The notes: generated by a model from the letters alone, not told the origin. Counted from the first letter of the stretch, positions 19,847 to 30,873 are shown. The stretch: DNA of 64,000 nt from an uncultured delta proteobacterium (GCA_963727445.1 CAVSGI010000015.1:352001-416000); one strand, 5' to 3'. A program made the numbers and translations.

Positions 19847-20535
19847 CGGATTCCATCTCCTTCGAAGTTCAAGACGACGTCGCCGTGCTGCGCATGGACG
19901 ACGGCAAGGTCAACGCGCTTTCGCCCGCGGTGGTCGACGCGCTCACCGAGCATCTGCCGCGGGCCATCGCCGAGGCCAAGGCGCTGGTGATCACCGGGCG
20001 ACCGGGTGCTTTCTCGGCGGGCTTCGACCTGAAGGTGTTGATGAGCGGGCCGGAGGCGGCGCGCGATCTGCTGACGCGCGGGGGCGAGCTCTTCATGCGC
20101 ATCTACGAGCACCCGCAGCCGGTGGTCGCCGCGGTGACCGGGCACGCGCTCGCGGGCGGCGCGCTCCTCTCGGCATCGTGCGATCTGCGCATCGGCGCGA
20201 CGGGCGCGTTCAAGATCGGGCTGAACGAGATCCAGGCTGGAATGCCCGTGCCCATCCTGGCGCACGACCTCGCACGCGATCGTCTCGACCCGCGCAAGCT
20301 CACGGAGTCCGTTCTCTTCGCCCGCATGTACACGCCGGGCGAAGCGGTGGAGGTCGGGTGGCTCGACCGCGTCGCCGAGGCCGACGAGGTGGAGGGCGAA
20401 GCCGTCCGCATGGCGAAGGAGCTCGGCCAGCTCGCGCCGGGGCCCTACGCTCGCACCAAGGCGAGCCTGAGGCGCCAGACCATCGACCACATCCGCAACA
20501 CGCTCGAAGCGGACCTCGACAGCTTCGCGCGCTAG
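19843..20535 (+). CDS. Crotonase/enoyl-CoA hydratase family protein
   Basis: DDGKVNAL, FSAGFDL, GHALAGG and IGLNE motifs. Confidence 0.9.
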   Translation: MTDSISFEVQDDVAVLRMDDGKVNALSPAVVDALTEHLPRAIAEAKALVITGRPGAFSAGFDLKVLMSGPEAARDLLTRGGELFMRIYEHPQPVVAAVTGHALAGGALLSASCDLRIGATGAFKIGLNEIQAGMPVPILAHDLARDRLDPRKLTESVLFARMYTPGEAVEVGWLDRVAEADEVEGEAVRMAKELGQLAPGPYARTKASLRRQTIDHIRNTLEADLDSFAR

Positions 20536-20547
20536 TCTAGACTGGCT

Positions 20548-21108
20548 CTACTCGTGCGCGGTGCGCGAGGCGCCTTCGATGCGGGGGCGCTCGAGCATGT
20601 GGCTGTAGCCCTCGTTCGGGCGGCGCAGGCCGCGGCTGCTCTCGCTGACCACAGGCTCGACGTGGCGGTCGAGGGCCCAGGTGGCCTCGTTGGTGCCGCG
20701 AGCGAACTCCTCACCCACGGTGGAGAAGGTCAAAAGGTGCGGGTCGACGCCGACGGCGACCAGGTAGTCGCGCACCGTCTGGGCGCGGCGCTCGCCGAGG
20801 GCCAGGTTGTACTCTTCGGTGCCGCGGGGATCGGCGGAGCCGACCAGGTGGACCGGCATGCCGCGCTCGCGCGAGACGCACTCGGCGATGCGCTCGAGCT
20901 CGAAGGTGGAGCGCGCGTCGAGATCGGCCGAGTTGTAACCGAAGAAGAGCGTGCCCACCTGACAGGGGTCGCCCAGCGACAGCACCTCTACCTCGGTGTC
21001 ACCGTTTTGCGCGCGCACCCGCAAGGGGTCCTGTCGTTCAGTGGTCTTGGCGCCGCCACAGGCGGCGAGAAATGTGATGAGCGCGAGGCTCAGGATCGTG
21101 CGGTTCAT
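20548..21108 (-). CDS. OmpA/Pal-family peptidoglycan-binding lipoprotein
   Basis: Lipobox LAAC; GSADPRGTEEYNLALGERRA motif. Confidence 0.85.
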   Translation of the reverse strand: MNRTILSLALITFLAACGGAKTTERQDPLRVRAQNGDTEVEVLSLGDPCQVGTLFFGYNSADLDARSTFELERIAECVSRERGMPVHLVGSADPRGTEEYNLALGERRAQTVRDYLVAVGVDPHLLTFSTVGEEFARGTNEATWALDRHVEPVVSESSRGLRRPNEGYSHMLERPRIEGASRTAHE

Positions 21109-21214
21109 CTGTCTCCCTCCGTGAGCCGCGCATCGTTCGCCCGCGCCGGCTTCACTTACCCCCGAAGTGCACGACACCCCCTCGGGTGGTCAAAAAAGCG
21201 GCGCGCGGCGCGCG

Positions 21215-24200
21215 TCAGTGAAAGTCCCGAGATGGGGGCGCCGCCTGGAGGTCGAGCTCCGGGAGGAAGAGCGAGTCGGCCACCAGGTGGGTCACGCCCT
21301 CGCCGACCTGGAGCTTGCCGCGTATGCCGAGGAGCTTCGCCGTCTTGCCGATGAGCTCGTGCTTTTCGAAGACGCGGCGCCACACCACGACGTTCACGAA
21401 GCCCGTCTCGTCCTCCATGGTGAAGAAGACGACGCCGCTCGCCGTGCCGGGGCGTTGGCGGCAGAATCACCATGCCCACGTAGGTGAGGCGGTGGCCGTC
21501 GGGGAGCTGGCCGACGGTGCGCGCGTCGGGGATGCCCTTTCCCCGCAGGGCGTCGCGATGCTGCGACATGGGGTGGCCGCGGGTGGAGTGAGCGCTCGCG
21601 CGATAGTCCCAGCTCACTGCCTCGGCCGCGCCCAGCGCCGGAAACGCCACGCGCCGCTTCGCGGGCGTCAGCGGCAGCGGGTCTCGCGCGTGCGGCGCGA
21701 GCCCCCGCACCTGCCACATCGTCTCGCGCCGCCCCTCGCCGAAGGCGTCGAGGGCGCCAGCCTCGCCGAGGCGCACCAGCGCGCGCTCCGGCAGGCGCGT
21801 CCCGCGGACGAAATCCTCGAGGCTCTCCCAGCGCGGGCCCGGCCCCAGCCAGGGCTCGAGCGCCTCCTTTTCGCGGGTCCCGAAACCCTTCACGTAGCGA
21901 AGCCCCATCCTGAGAGCGAGCCCGCCGCGCGAGGCCTCGGACGGCTCGAGCCCGCAGTCCCAGCCCGAGCGCGTCACGTCCACCGGCCGCACCTCGACCC
22001 CCGCCCGCTGCGCGTCTTCGACCAGGGTCGAGGGCGCGTAGAAGCCCATTGGCTGGGCGTCCAACATGGCGCAGGCGAAGGCCGCCGGATGGTGGCGTTT
22101 GAGCCACGCCGTCACGTAGGAAAGGAGCGCGAAGCTCGCTGCGTGGCTCTCGGGGAAGCCGTATTCCCCGAAGCCCTCGATCTGCGAAAAGACCCGCTCG
22201 GCGAAGGCCGCGTCGACGCCCTTTTCGATCATCCGCGAGACCAGGCGTTCGCGGTGCTGCTCGATGCGGCCCTTGCTGCGCCAGGCCGCCATGTCGCGGC
22301 GCAGCTGATCCGCCTCACCCGGCGTGTAGTCGCCGACGATGACGGCGAGCTTCATCACCTGCTCCTGGAAGATCGGGACGCCCAGGGTCTTCTTCAGCAC
22401 CGGCTCGAGGGTCGGGTGGGGATAGACCACCGGCTCCTCGCCCTTTCGCCGCCGGAGATAGGGATGGACCATGTCCCCCTGGATCGGCCCTGGCCGCACG
22501 ATCGCCACTTCGATCACAAGGTCGTAGAAAGTCCGCGGCTGAAGGCGCGGCAGCATCGCCATCTGCGCGCGGCTCTCGATCTGAAAGACGCCGACAGTGT
22601 CGCCCTCGGAGCACATCGCGTAGGTCGCGGGGTCCTCGGCGGGCACGGTCGCGATGCCGAGGTCGAGATCGTCGTGGGTGCGCAGCAGGTCGAAGCAGCG
22701 GTGGATGGCCGTGAGGCAGCCGAGCCCGAGGAGATCGATCTTGAACAGGCCCAGATCCTCGACGTCCTGTTTGTCCCACTGGATGACCGTGCGGTCCTCC
22801 ATGGTGGCCGGCTCGATGGGCACCAGCGTGTCGACGGGCTCAGCGCCGAGGAGAAAGCCGCCTGGATGGATCGACAAGTGGCGGGGGAAGTCGAGGAGCT
22901 CGGCGGTGAGGGCGAGGAGGTGCCGGGTCGCGGGCGCGCTCACGTCGAGCCCCGCCGAGGAGAGGGTCTCGAGGTCGACCGTGTCGCTGTGGTAGCTGAG
23001 CAGGCGCGCTACGCCGTCGACGTCGGTCTGGGGGATGCCGAGCACCTTGCCCACGTCGCGCACCGCCGATCGGGCGCGATACCGGATCACGTTCGCCACC
23101 ATCGCGGCGTGGCGCCGGCCGTAGCGTCGATACACCCACTGGATGACCTCCTCGCGGCGCTCGTGTTCGATGTCGAGGTCGATGTCCGGAGGCTCGGCGC
23201 GCTCGCGGCTGAGGAAGCGCTCGAAGAGCAGGTCCATGCGCACCGGGTCGATGGCGGTGATGCCGAGGCAGAAGCACACCGCGCTGTTCGCGGCGCTGCC
23301 GCGGCCCTGGCAGAGGATCTGCTCGCGGCGGCAGTGCTCGACGATCTCGTACATCGTCAGGAAGTAGCCGCCGTATTCGAGGGAATCGATCACCTCGAGC
23401 TCTCGCTCGAGCTGCGCCGCCACCTTTGTGGGCACGCCGCCCGGATAGCGCTTCTGCGCGCCCTCGAAGGTCAGGTGACGCAGCCAATCGGACTCAGCGT
23501 AGCCCTGGGGTGGCGGCTCGGCGGGGTAGCGATAGTCGAGGTGGTCGAGGCGGAAGGCGCAGCGCTCGCCGATCTCGAGGGTGCGATCGACGGCGGCCTG
23601 GTCGTCGCGAAAGAGCGCCCGCATGGCCGCGACCGAGGCGATGGCGTGCTCGGCGTTCTGGCGGATGCGCGTGCCGGCGTCCGCGAGGCGCACCCCGGCG
23701 CGGATGCAAGCGACCACGTCCGCCACCGCCCTGCGCCGCCGCGCGTGATAGAGCACCTCCTGCCCGGCCACGATGGGAAGATTGTGAAGGCGGGCGGCGC
23801 CGCGGAGCGCCTGCTCCACCGGGATCTCCTCGGCGCAGAGGTGTCGGGTGACGAGCGTGAAGGCATCCTCGCCGAAGGACTCGGCCGCGAGGGGGATCAG
23901 GGCGACGTCCGGACAGAGCGCCACCAGCCCACCGCTGCGCCCTGCATCGCGCACCTCCGCGGGCCGGCTCAGGCTCTCGCCCTTTTCGGAGCGAAGCCGG
24001 CCGAGGCTCAAGAGCCGGCAGAGCGCGCCATAGCCCGCGCGGTCTTTCGCGAGCAGGACCAGGCGTGCGGGCGGGGCACCGGGCTCGCCCACCGAGACCT
24101 GCGCGCCCGCCATCGTATCGAGGCCGATCTCCTTCGCCTTCATCCAGGCGCGGACCAATCCGTACACGCCATCGCGGTCGGTGATGGCGATCGCGGGAAG

Positions 24201-24308
24201 GCCGAGGGCATGCGCCGCGGTGACCAGCTCCTCGGGGTGGCTCGCGCCTTCGAGGAAGGAGTAGTTGCTCTTCACCCAGAGCGGCACATAGGGGTGGGCG
24301 TTCGTCAA
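21215..24308 (-). CDS. dnaE2: Error-prone DNA polymerase DnaE2 (ImuC), with a +1 frameshift near 21465
   Basis: SNYSFLEGASHPEEL, GRGSAANS, PPDIDLD and YGFPESHAASF motifs; removing one base at 21465/21466 restores [25 protein letters not shown]; TTG start overlaps the imuB stop. Confidence 0.93.
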
Positions 24309-25822
24309 TCGACCATCCCGTGGAGAAACCACCGCTTGCGCGGCCGGTCCCAATAGAGCCAAAGCAGCTCGCCGCTCGCGGTCTCGGCGTAGTAGTAGTC
24401 GCGCTCCACCTTGCGCACCCACCAGCCGCCGCTGATGCGGTAGGGCCCGAAGAGACGGAGCACGGCGTCGCCGTCGTCGAGCATCGGGCCGGCGCTCGGA
24501 TCCGAGGCGTCGCGGCTGCTGAGCGGGCGCGGCTTCGAAAGTACCCGGCGCATCAACGGCGGCGCGCTGTCGCCGGTGGGCTCGCGGGCGGCTTCATCCG
24601 TCTTCGAAAGACGCAGGCGATCGGCGGGCTCCCAGGCGAAACGCGCCTCGGGCAGGTGCGCGTCGCGGAGGCGTGGCCGCGTGACCGAGCCCTCCCCGAA
24701 GGCCGCGCGCACCCGCGCCAGGGCACGCTCGCCTGCGGCGAGATCGCGTCGCGGGCCGAGGCGGAACATGGCGAGCTGATCGCCCTCGGGGCGCGCCGTC
24801 TCGGCGACGAGGGTCAGGCGCTCGACGGCGGCGGGGAGCGTCGTGTCGCCGAGGCGGAGGCGTACGAGGTCGAGCAGGAGCATGGCGTCGCGGGTCGGCG
24901 TGGCGGGCTCGATGCGCTCGGCGTGCGTGTGGCCATCTTCGAGGTGGAGCTTCAGATGGAGCGCGCCGAGGACCAGGGCGCGGGAGCGGACGTTCGTCAG
25001 GAGCTCGTGCAGGGCGCCCTTGATGCCGAAGAGGAGGCGTGCGTGGTCGTCGTCGGGGGGATCGATCTCGAGGCTGACCTCGATGGGCTCGTCGAAGGCG
25101 CGCGGCTGGATCGGGAGCTGGGCCTCCTCGGCGGCGGCGGCCTGCAGACGCCCGGTCTCCTCGCCGAAACGCGACTTCAGCTCGCCCGCGGGCAGGCGCA
25201 GGAGATCACCGATGGTCCGCACCGAGAGCGCGGCGAGATCATCCCTGAGACGCGGCGACAGGCCGAGGGCGGCGAGCGGGACGGCCTCGAGGCGGCGGCG
25301 GGTCGCCCGTGGATCGGCCAGGACCCGGGCGCCGCCCGTGGTGCGCGCGATGGCGAAGGCGGCGAAGCGGCCGTGGGCGATGACCACCGAGGCGACGAAG
25401 CCGCGGCCCTTGAGGTAGCCCTGCACCGCGTCGGCCCAGGTGCGCGGATCGCCGTAGATGCGACCGAGCCCGGAGGGATCGACGTAGAACGTGCCGGGGC
25501 GCTCGAGGTCGGGCTCGACCCGCGGCGAGAAGGTCTGCAGCGCGATCACCAGCTCCTCGACGATGCGGGTGATGCGCTCCGCAGAGATAGGGCCAGCGCG
25601 CAGGGCGGGGACCAGGTTCCGCGCGGCGCCGTAGCGCATGCCAGTGCTCAGGTGCAGGCGCGACGCCTTGGCGTCGACGTGGGTCAGTGGCGCTTCGGGG
25701 CGATCCTCGGCGACCACGGCGAGGGGGTGACCGACGAAGTCGGGCCGATCTCGGCGAAGGATCTGCAGCGGCAGATCCGGAAGGTCGACGCACGCGAAGA
25801 GAGCACCGCCCCTGTCACCCAC
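24305..25822 (-). CDS. imuB: ImuB, inactive Y-family polymerase homolog
   Basis: Y-family fold; C-terminal 'GPYRISGGWW...RDYY...WFLHG'; lies between imuA and dnaE2. Confidence 0.88.
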   Translation of the reverse strand: MGDRGGALFACVDLPDLPLQILRRDRPDFVGHPLAVVAEDRPEAPLTHVDAKASRLHLSTGMRYGAARNLVPALRAGPISAERITRIVEELVIALQTFSPRVEPDLERPGTFYVDPSGLGRIYGDPRTWADAVQGYLKGRGFVASVVIAHGRFAAFAIARTTGGARVLADPRATRRRLEAVPLAALGLSPRLRDDLAALSVRTIGDLLRLPAGELKSRFGEETGRLQAAAAEEAQLPIQPRAFDEPIEVSLEIDPPDDDHARLLFGIKGALHELLTNVRSRALVLGALHLKLHLEDGHTHAERIEPATPTRDAMLLLDLVRLRLGDTTLPAAVERLTLVAETARPEGDQLAMFRLGPRRDLAAGERALARVRAAFGEGSVTRPRLRDAHLPEARFAWEPADRLRLSKTDEAAREPTGDSAPPLMRRVLSKPRPLSSRDASDPSAGPMLDDGDAVLRLFGPYRISGGWWVRKVERDYYYAETASGELLWLYWDRPRKRWFLHGMVD

Positions 25823-25837
25823 GATCCCCTCACCCGA

Positions 25838-26467
25838 TCAGGGGAGCCCCCACGGCGCTCGCCGCCGCTCCGCGCTCAGCGCCCCTCCCCCGAGCTTGTC
25901 TTTCATGATCCGCTGCTCGACGGCGAAGCGGCCGGGCGCCCGTCGCTCGTGGCGCGGGGCGATCCGAAGCGACACCATCGCCCCGAGCGAAGGGTCGCCC
26001 TCGTCGCGATCGCTGAGGAGGATCACGCGTGATCCGTGCTTGCGCGCCATCGCTGAGAGGCGGCCCTGCCATGCGTCCCCGCGAGGAATGCCCGCGGTGA
26101 GATCGACGACCACCAAACCGAACGCGCCGGAGCGCAGGAGCATCTCGGCTGCCTTCGAGATCCCATGCGCCCCGGCACGCCGAGGAATTCGAATGACGAT
26201 CAGGGCATCGAGATCGATCCCCGAGTCCGCGAGGTCCGGCGGATAGAGGGAGCCGTCCTCGAGCTGCACCCACACCACCGGCTCGTCGGCGCGCTGCGCC
26301 CTCATCACGAGGGAGACCGCCAGCGTGGTGCGCCCGGAGGAACGCCTTCCGCTCAGCTCCGAGAGTCGGCCGGGATCGACGCGCTCCGCCAGCGACTTCG
26401 GCGGCGCGAGTGGGGCCTCACGCCTTGGCTTTGCGCTCGCAGAAGAGAGTGAAACGACGGCCGCCAC
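25838..26467 (-). CDS. imuA: ImuA, RecA-like protein
   Basis: GRLSELSGRRSSGRTT degenerate Walker A, YPPDLADSGIDL and LLRSGAFGLVVVD; GTG at 26467 follows the promoter. Confidence 0.85.
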   Translation of the reverse strand: MAAVVSLSSASAKPRREAPLAPPKSLAERVDPGRLSELSGRRSSGRTTLAVSLVMRAQRADEPVVWVQLEDGSLYPPDLADSGIDLDALIVIRIPRRAGAHGISKAAEMLLRSGAFGLVVVDLTAGIPRGDAWQGRLSAMARKHGSRVILLSDRDEGDPSLGAMVSLRIAPRHERRAPGRFAVEQRIMKDKLGGGALSAERRRAPWGLP

Positions 26468-26474
26468 GTCACCC

Positions 26475-26502
26475 AATATACTGAACCCATGTCCAGTGTC
26501 AA
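26475..26502 (-). promoter_or_regulatory. SOS promoter with a Myxococcus-type LexA box filling the -35/-10 spacer
   Basis: Minus strand TTGACA-CTGGACATGGGTTCAG-TATATT; the box matches CTRHAMRYBYGTTCAG at 14/16 positions. Confidence 0.75.
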
Positions 26503-26594
26503 GGCGGTATCGATCGGGATCACTTTCGACACTCGCATGGGCCATGGCGCACGTCGAGGACGGGTGGGGCCAGGACCGACTGACAGGCGCGCGA

Positions 26595-26700
26595 AAAGTT
26601 GAAAAGTGTAGACCGTCCCCGTTTGGGATTTCGAGCGGGAAAGCGGAGCGATTTCGAGGGCGGCGGCGGGGGCGAAAGTTGAAAAGTTTAGACCGTCCCC
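26595..26700. repeat. Two direct copies (80-nt period) of the repeat AAAGTTGAAAAGTGTAGACCGTCCCC
   Basis: Copies end at 26620 and 26700; same core as the 43413-43876 cluster. Confidence 0.85.
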
Positions 26701-27620
26701 TTTTTTTCGCGTTTTAGCTCTTCGAGCTCTTCGAGGGTTTTGGGCCAGTCGCCTTTGAGGAGGCGCGAGAGGCTGCGGTCGGCGAGGAGCTTGCCGCCGG
26801 TCTGGCAGGTGGCGCAGTAGTTCACTTCGTTGTCGGCGCGGCGGATGCGCTGGACCGGGTCGCCGCAGCGCGGGCAGGGCTCACCGTACTTGCCGTGCAC
26901 GGCCATCTCGGGACGGAAGGCCGTGACCTTGTCGGGGAAGCCGTCGCCCACCTCCGCGATGAGGCGGTCGCGCCACTCCGCGAGGACCTTCTTCGTGACC
27001 TGGTGCAGGCGCGCGATCTCTTCGTCGTCGAGGCGACTCGTCCACTTCACGGGGCTCAGCTGCGCCTCCCAGAGGATCTCGTCCGAGTAGCCGTTGCCGA
27101 CGCCGCTCAGGATCCGCGGATCGGTCATGGCGCGCTTCACGGTGTGGTTCTTCTCCGTGAGCGCGGCGCGGAATTCCTCGAGGCTCGCGGACAGGACGTC
27201 GATGCCGCCCGGGTCGTGGGCCGCGAGCCCAGCCTCACCACGCACGCAGTAGAGCGACGCCCGCTTCTTCTTGCTCGCCTCGGTGAGCATCAGCGTGCCC
27301 TTCGGAAAGTCGAGGGCGGCGAGGCTCAGGCGGCGGTTGAGCTTGGCGTCGCGCTCCTTCCACCGGAAGCGGCCTGCGATCATGAGGTGGAAGACCATGA
27401 AGAGGGCTCGCTCCTCACCGTCCTGACGACCCATCTCGAAGACGATCCGCTTGCCGATTCGGCGCAGCCCGACGACCGCGCGCCCTTCCATCGCGGAGAT
27501 CGGCGGGTCGACCGAGCGGAGCAGGAAGGGGCTCGCCAGGCGAACCCTCTCTAGCACCTCACCTTTCACGTGGCGCTCGAGAGCCGAGAGGTAGAGCTCG
27601 ATATCCGGGAGCTCGGGCAT
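26688..27620 (-). CDS. Fpg/Nei family DNA glycosylase
   Basis: N-terminal MPELPD, H2TH 'GVGNGYSDEILW', zinc finger CPRC...CATCQ. Confidence 0.92.
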   Translation of the reverse strand: MPELPDIELYLSALERHVKGEVLERVRLASPFLLRSVDPPISAMEGRAVVGLRRIGKRIVFEMGRQDGEERALFMVFHLMIAGRFRWKERDAKLNRRLSLAALDFPKGTLMLTEASKKKRASLYCVRGEAGLAAHDPGGIDVLSASLEEFRAALTEKNHTVKRAMTDPRILSGVGNGYSDEILWEAQLSPVKWTSRLDDEEIARLHQVTKKVLAEWRDRLIAEVGDGFPDKVTAFRPEMAVHGKYGEPCPRCGDPVQRIRRADNEVNYCATCQTGGKLLADRSLSRLLKGDWPKTLEELEELKREKKGTV

Positions 27621-27702
27621 GGGTAGGAGTATCGAGCCCCTGCCCCTTTTCGTCGATTCGTCGACAGGTGGCCCTCGCGCCAGGGACAATGGATCGATCG
27701 CG

Positions 27703-30700
27703 ATGTCCCCCGTGCGGCCAATCTGGATATTCCTCATTGTTTTCGCGGCGCTCTGCCCAGTGGCGACGGCGTTCGGGCAGGAGCCAGTGGACGCGGGGGT
27801 GGTGGACTCGGCCGTCCCTGCGCCGGGCGAGGCTGACCGGGTGGAACGGCGCGAGCTCGAGGCCTCGCTGGACGCGCTGTCGAAGCTGGAGCAGGGCCAG
27901 CGGCCAGCCATCGACCCCACCGAGCTGCTCGGCTGCGACCCCGTCGACCCACAAGCCGTCGCCCTCCGCCTCGGGGAGCTTCAGGCCCAGGCCGAAACGC
28001 TCCGGGCATCGCTCACGACGCCGCAGCCGCCCAGCAGCACATCTGCCGACGCCGGGGTGCTGGCTGCTGACGCAGCGGCGCCGGTCGCCGAAGCCGCCGA
28101 AGCTGCCGCGGAGCCACTGAGCCTCGACGCCCTTCGCCTCGAGGTCCTCGACCGCTCGATCAGCTTCCTCGAAGAGCCGCTCCACGAGCGCGCCCTGGCC
28201 GTGGCGAACGACGAAGAGTCACGCCACCTCGCGCAGGAGCTCACCAGCTCGGCCGAGGAGGCGGCGCGCGCGCAGGTCGCCGCCAACGAGGCGGGCGAGG
28301 CGCGCCAGGCGGCCCTCGCCGAAGCGCACGCCGCTCTCGAGGGCGCCGCGCGGGAGCTCGGTGAAGAACGCGCCCGCGCCCTCGCCGTCAAGCGTGACCT
28401 GGCTCAGGCGTCCGGTACGCAAGCACGCGAGCGCAACCGCCTCGCGCGCGATGGCCGGCGGTGGTCGGCGCTCGTCTCCGAGATCAACCTCGTGGTCCGC
28501 CACGGCGAGCCCACCACCGAGGTCGCCGACGCGCTCTATGACCAGGTCGTCGTCGCTCTCGACGAGAGCCGCGGCGCCTTCGATCGGGCGCTCGAGGCCC
28601 TGGACGCGCCTTCGGATCAGCCCATCTACGAGCTCTCCCTCGATCTGTCGGCGGATCGCTACCGCGCGCATCCCAACGAGCGCGAGGACCTCTTGCGCGT
28701 CGTACGCGAGGTCGGCGAGATGCGCGACGAGGCCGTCGCCAAGGAGCGCAACTTCCGTTGGGATCGCGCGAAGGTGCTGGCCGCGGACGTGCGGAGCCTC
28801 GACGCGGCCCGCCGCGAGCTCCTGCCGCATACCAGCGCCGCGAAACGCCAGCGCCTGTTGAGCCTCGGCCCCGAAGGCATCAACCAGATCAAGCGCGAGG
28901 CGTACCACCTGGGCTTGATGGCGCGGTGGTATGCGCGGACCCGTCCCGCCGAGCTCGCCCAGCTCCCGAGCTTCCTCACCGACTCCCTGGCCCACTCCCA
29001 GAGCCGCTGGATCCTGATCCAGCTGTTGTTGGTCGTGCTCATCGCGCTCTTCCTCGTCGCCAGGCGTGAGACGCTCGCGACGCGCGTTCGCGAGATCCTC
29101 CTCAGCAACGCCGACACGCCGGACTCGATGGCGGTCGCCGATCAGTGGGCGCGCACCTTCGCCGCCCTCGCGGTACCACTCGCGATCCTCGCGGCCGTCT
29201 ACATCGGCTTCTCTCTCGCCGCCGAGCTGGGCGAGCCCCCAGAGCTCTTGCTCCTCCGCGCCGTCGCCGAAGCCCTCGCCTGGTACGGCGCGATCCTCTC
29301 GTTCGTCCACTACGGCATCGTCAGCCTCACGCGGGCGCGGCGCGCCGACATCCCACCCGCGCTGAGCCGCCGCATCCTCTCGTCGCTACGCCTCGTCGCC
29401 GGCTACGTGCTCTTCGCGGTGGTGCTCACCATCCTCGACCTGCACCTCGTCGGTCGCGGCTACATCCAAGAGCTGGTCTCCGAGTTCGCATGGATCGGCG
29501 CCTTCCCGATCCTCTTCGTGATCCTCCGGCAATGGCGCCTCGAGGTCACCAACCTCTACGGCCGCCTCCACCCCGCCTCGGCGCTCGCGCGTCTGCTCGA
29601 GCGCGGGCGCGACCGCTTCTGGTCCACCTTCGTGGTCCTGCCCGCGGCGCTGCACCTCGCCGTCCACGGCCTCTCCACCCTGGTGCAGGACACCGCCCTC
29701 CGCTTCGATCGCATCCGCCGCGCGCTCGCCTACCTCTTCCGCCGGCGCCTCGAACGCACCGCCGAGACGCTGGGCCACGGCACGGCCGACGTCACCGAGC
29801 TCCCCATCGCCCTGCGCCGCGCCTTCGAGGCGCGGGAGCTCTCCGCGGACGAGAAGGTCGATCGTTTCCCCGCCCTCGACGAGGTCCTCGAGCACGTCCT
29901 GACCTGGAAGAACGGCGGCGCAGGCATGAGCCTCGCGCTCGTCGGCCCCACCGGCGTGGGCAAGAGCACCTGGATCCGCGAGCTCAAGCTCCGCGCCGGC
30001 GAAGTGGACATCGTCGAGAGGACCCTCGACGACTCCCTCGAAGACGAGGCGGCGGTCGTGGGCGCCCTCGCCAAGACCTTCGGCCTCGAGGAGGTCCCCA
30101 CCACCGCGGATGCCCTGATCGAGGCGCTGAACGAGCTGCCTCCGCGGATGGTCCTGCTCGATCACGGCCAGAACCTGCATCTGCGCTGCGTGGGAGGCCT
30201 CGAGGGCCTGCGCGTCTTCGCGGTGATCGTGCGCCGCACGTCGCAGCGCTTCTTCTGGGTCAGCGTCTTTTCCCAGTACGCCTTCGAGCACATCAGCTAC
30301 GTCGTCGGCGGGACGCGCTCGCTCTTCATGCGGGTGGAGAAGCTGCCCGGCTGGAGCGAGGAGGAGCTGGGTCAGCTCATCGATCGCCGCATGGAGCACG
30401 CTGGTCTCATCGCCGAGTACGACGACCTCTTGCCGCCCTCCACGAGTGACATCGAGCGGGAGGCCGAGCTCACGCGCACACGCCTCAGATACCTACGTCT
30501 GCTCTGGGACTATACGGACGGGCTGCCCCGGGTGGCGCTCTACTACTGGCTCCGCTCGCTGGTCCTCGGAGACGGCGACACCGTTCGGGTCCGCCTCTTC
30601 GATGCGCCCGACGCCGACGACCTCGAGCACCTCGATCCCAGCACGCGCTTTCTCCTCCACGCCATCATCACTCACGAGAACCTCTCGATCGCGGAGGCGG

Positions 30701-30861
30701 TGCGGGTCCTGGCCATGCCCTCCGACGAGCTCAGCTCGCTCTTCGAGATCCTGCGCCTCGAGGGCTACATCACGCGCCATGGGGATCGGTATCGCGTCAC
30801 GACGCGCTGGGACCGCGCCGTGGTCGCGTACCTGCGACGAAAGCACCTGCTCTACACCTGA
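27703..30861 (+). CDS. Large membrane protein: signal peptide, periplasmic coiled coil, multi-TM bundle and C-terminal P-loop ATPase
   Basis: Walker A GPTGVGKST, Walker B-like VLLD, 'TDGLPRVAL' helical subdomain. Confidence 0.75.
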   Translation: MSPVRPIWIFLIVFAALCPVATAFGQEPVDAGVVDSAVPAPGEADRVERRELEASLDALSKLEQGQRPAIDPTELLGCDPVDPQAVALRLGELQAQAETLRASLTTPQPPSSTSADAGVLAADAAAPVAEAAEAAAEPLSLDALRLEVLDRSISFLEEPLHERALAVANDEESRHLAQELTSSAEEAARAQVAANEAGEARQAALAEAHAALEGAARELGEERARALAVKRDLAQASGTQARERNRLARDGRRWSALVSEINLVVRHGEPTTEVADALYDQVVVALDESRGAFDRALEALDAPSDQPIYELSLDLSADRYRAHPNEREDLLRVVREVGEMRDEAVAKERNFRWDRAKVLAADVRSLDAARRELLPHTSAAKRQRLLSLGPEGINQIKREAYHLGLMARWYARTRPAELAQLPSFLTDSLAHSQSRWILIQLLLVVLIALFLVARRETLATRVREILLSNADTPDSMAVADQWARTFAALAVPLAILAAVYIGFSLAAELGEPPELLLLRAVAEALAWYGAILSFVHYGIVSLTRARRADIPPALSRRILSSLRLVAGYVLFAVVLTILDLHLVGRGYIQELVSEFAWIGAFPILFVILRQWRLEVTNLYGRLHPASALARLLERGRDRFWSTFVVLPAALHLAVHGLSTLVQDTALRFDRIRRALAYLFRRRLERTAETLGHGTADVTELPIALRRAFEARELSADEKVDRFPALDEVLEHVLTWKNGGAGMSLALVGPTGVGKSTWIRELKLRAGEVDIVERTLDDSLEDEAAVVGALAKTFGLEEVPTTADALIEALNELPPRMVLLDHGQNLHLRCVGGLEGLRVFAVIVRRTSQRFFWVSVFSQYAFEHISYVVGGTRSLFMRVEKLPGWSEEELGQLIDRRMEHAGLIAEYDDLLPPSTSDIEREAELTRTRLRYLRLLWDYTDGLPRVALYYWLRSLVLGDGDTVRVRLFDAPDADDLEHLDPSTRFLLHAIITHENLSIAEAVRVLAMPSDELSSLFEILRLEGYITRHGDRYRVTTRWDRAVVAYLRRKHLLYT

Positions 30862-30873
30862 GGCAGACCGACG

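Noticed and set aside
21455..21470. Programmed ribosomal frameshift or true pseudogenisation of dnaE2
   Set aside because: No slippery heptamer; the same GCAGATC context recurs in two unrelated genes, which favours sequencing error.
21315..26032. Long antisense ORFs (e.g. 21315..24356 +, 24320..26032 +) and similar shadows throughout the window
   Set aside because: Expected mirror ORFs of GC-rich genes; no recognisable motifs.
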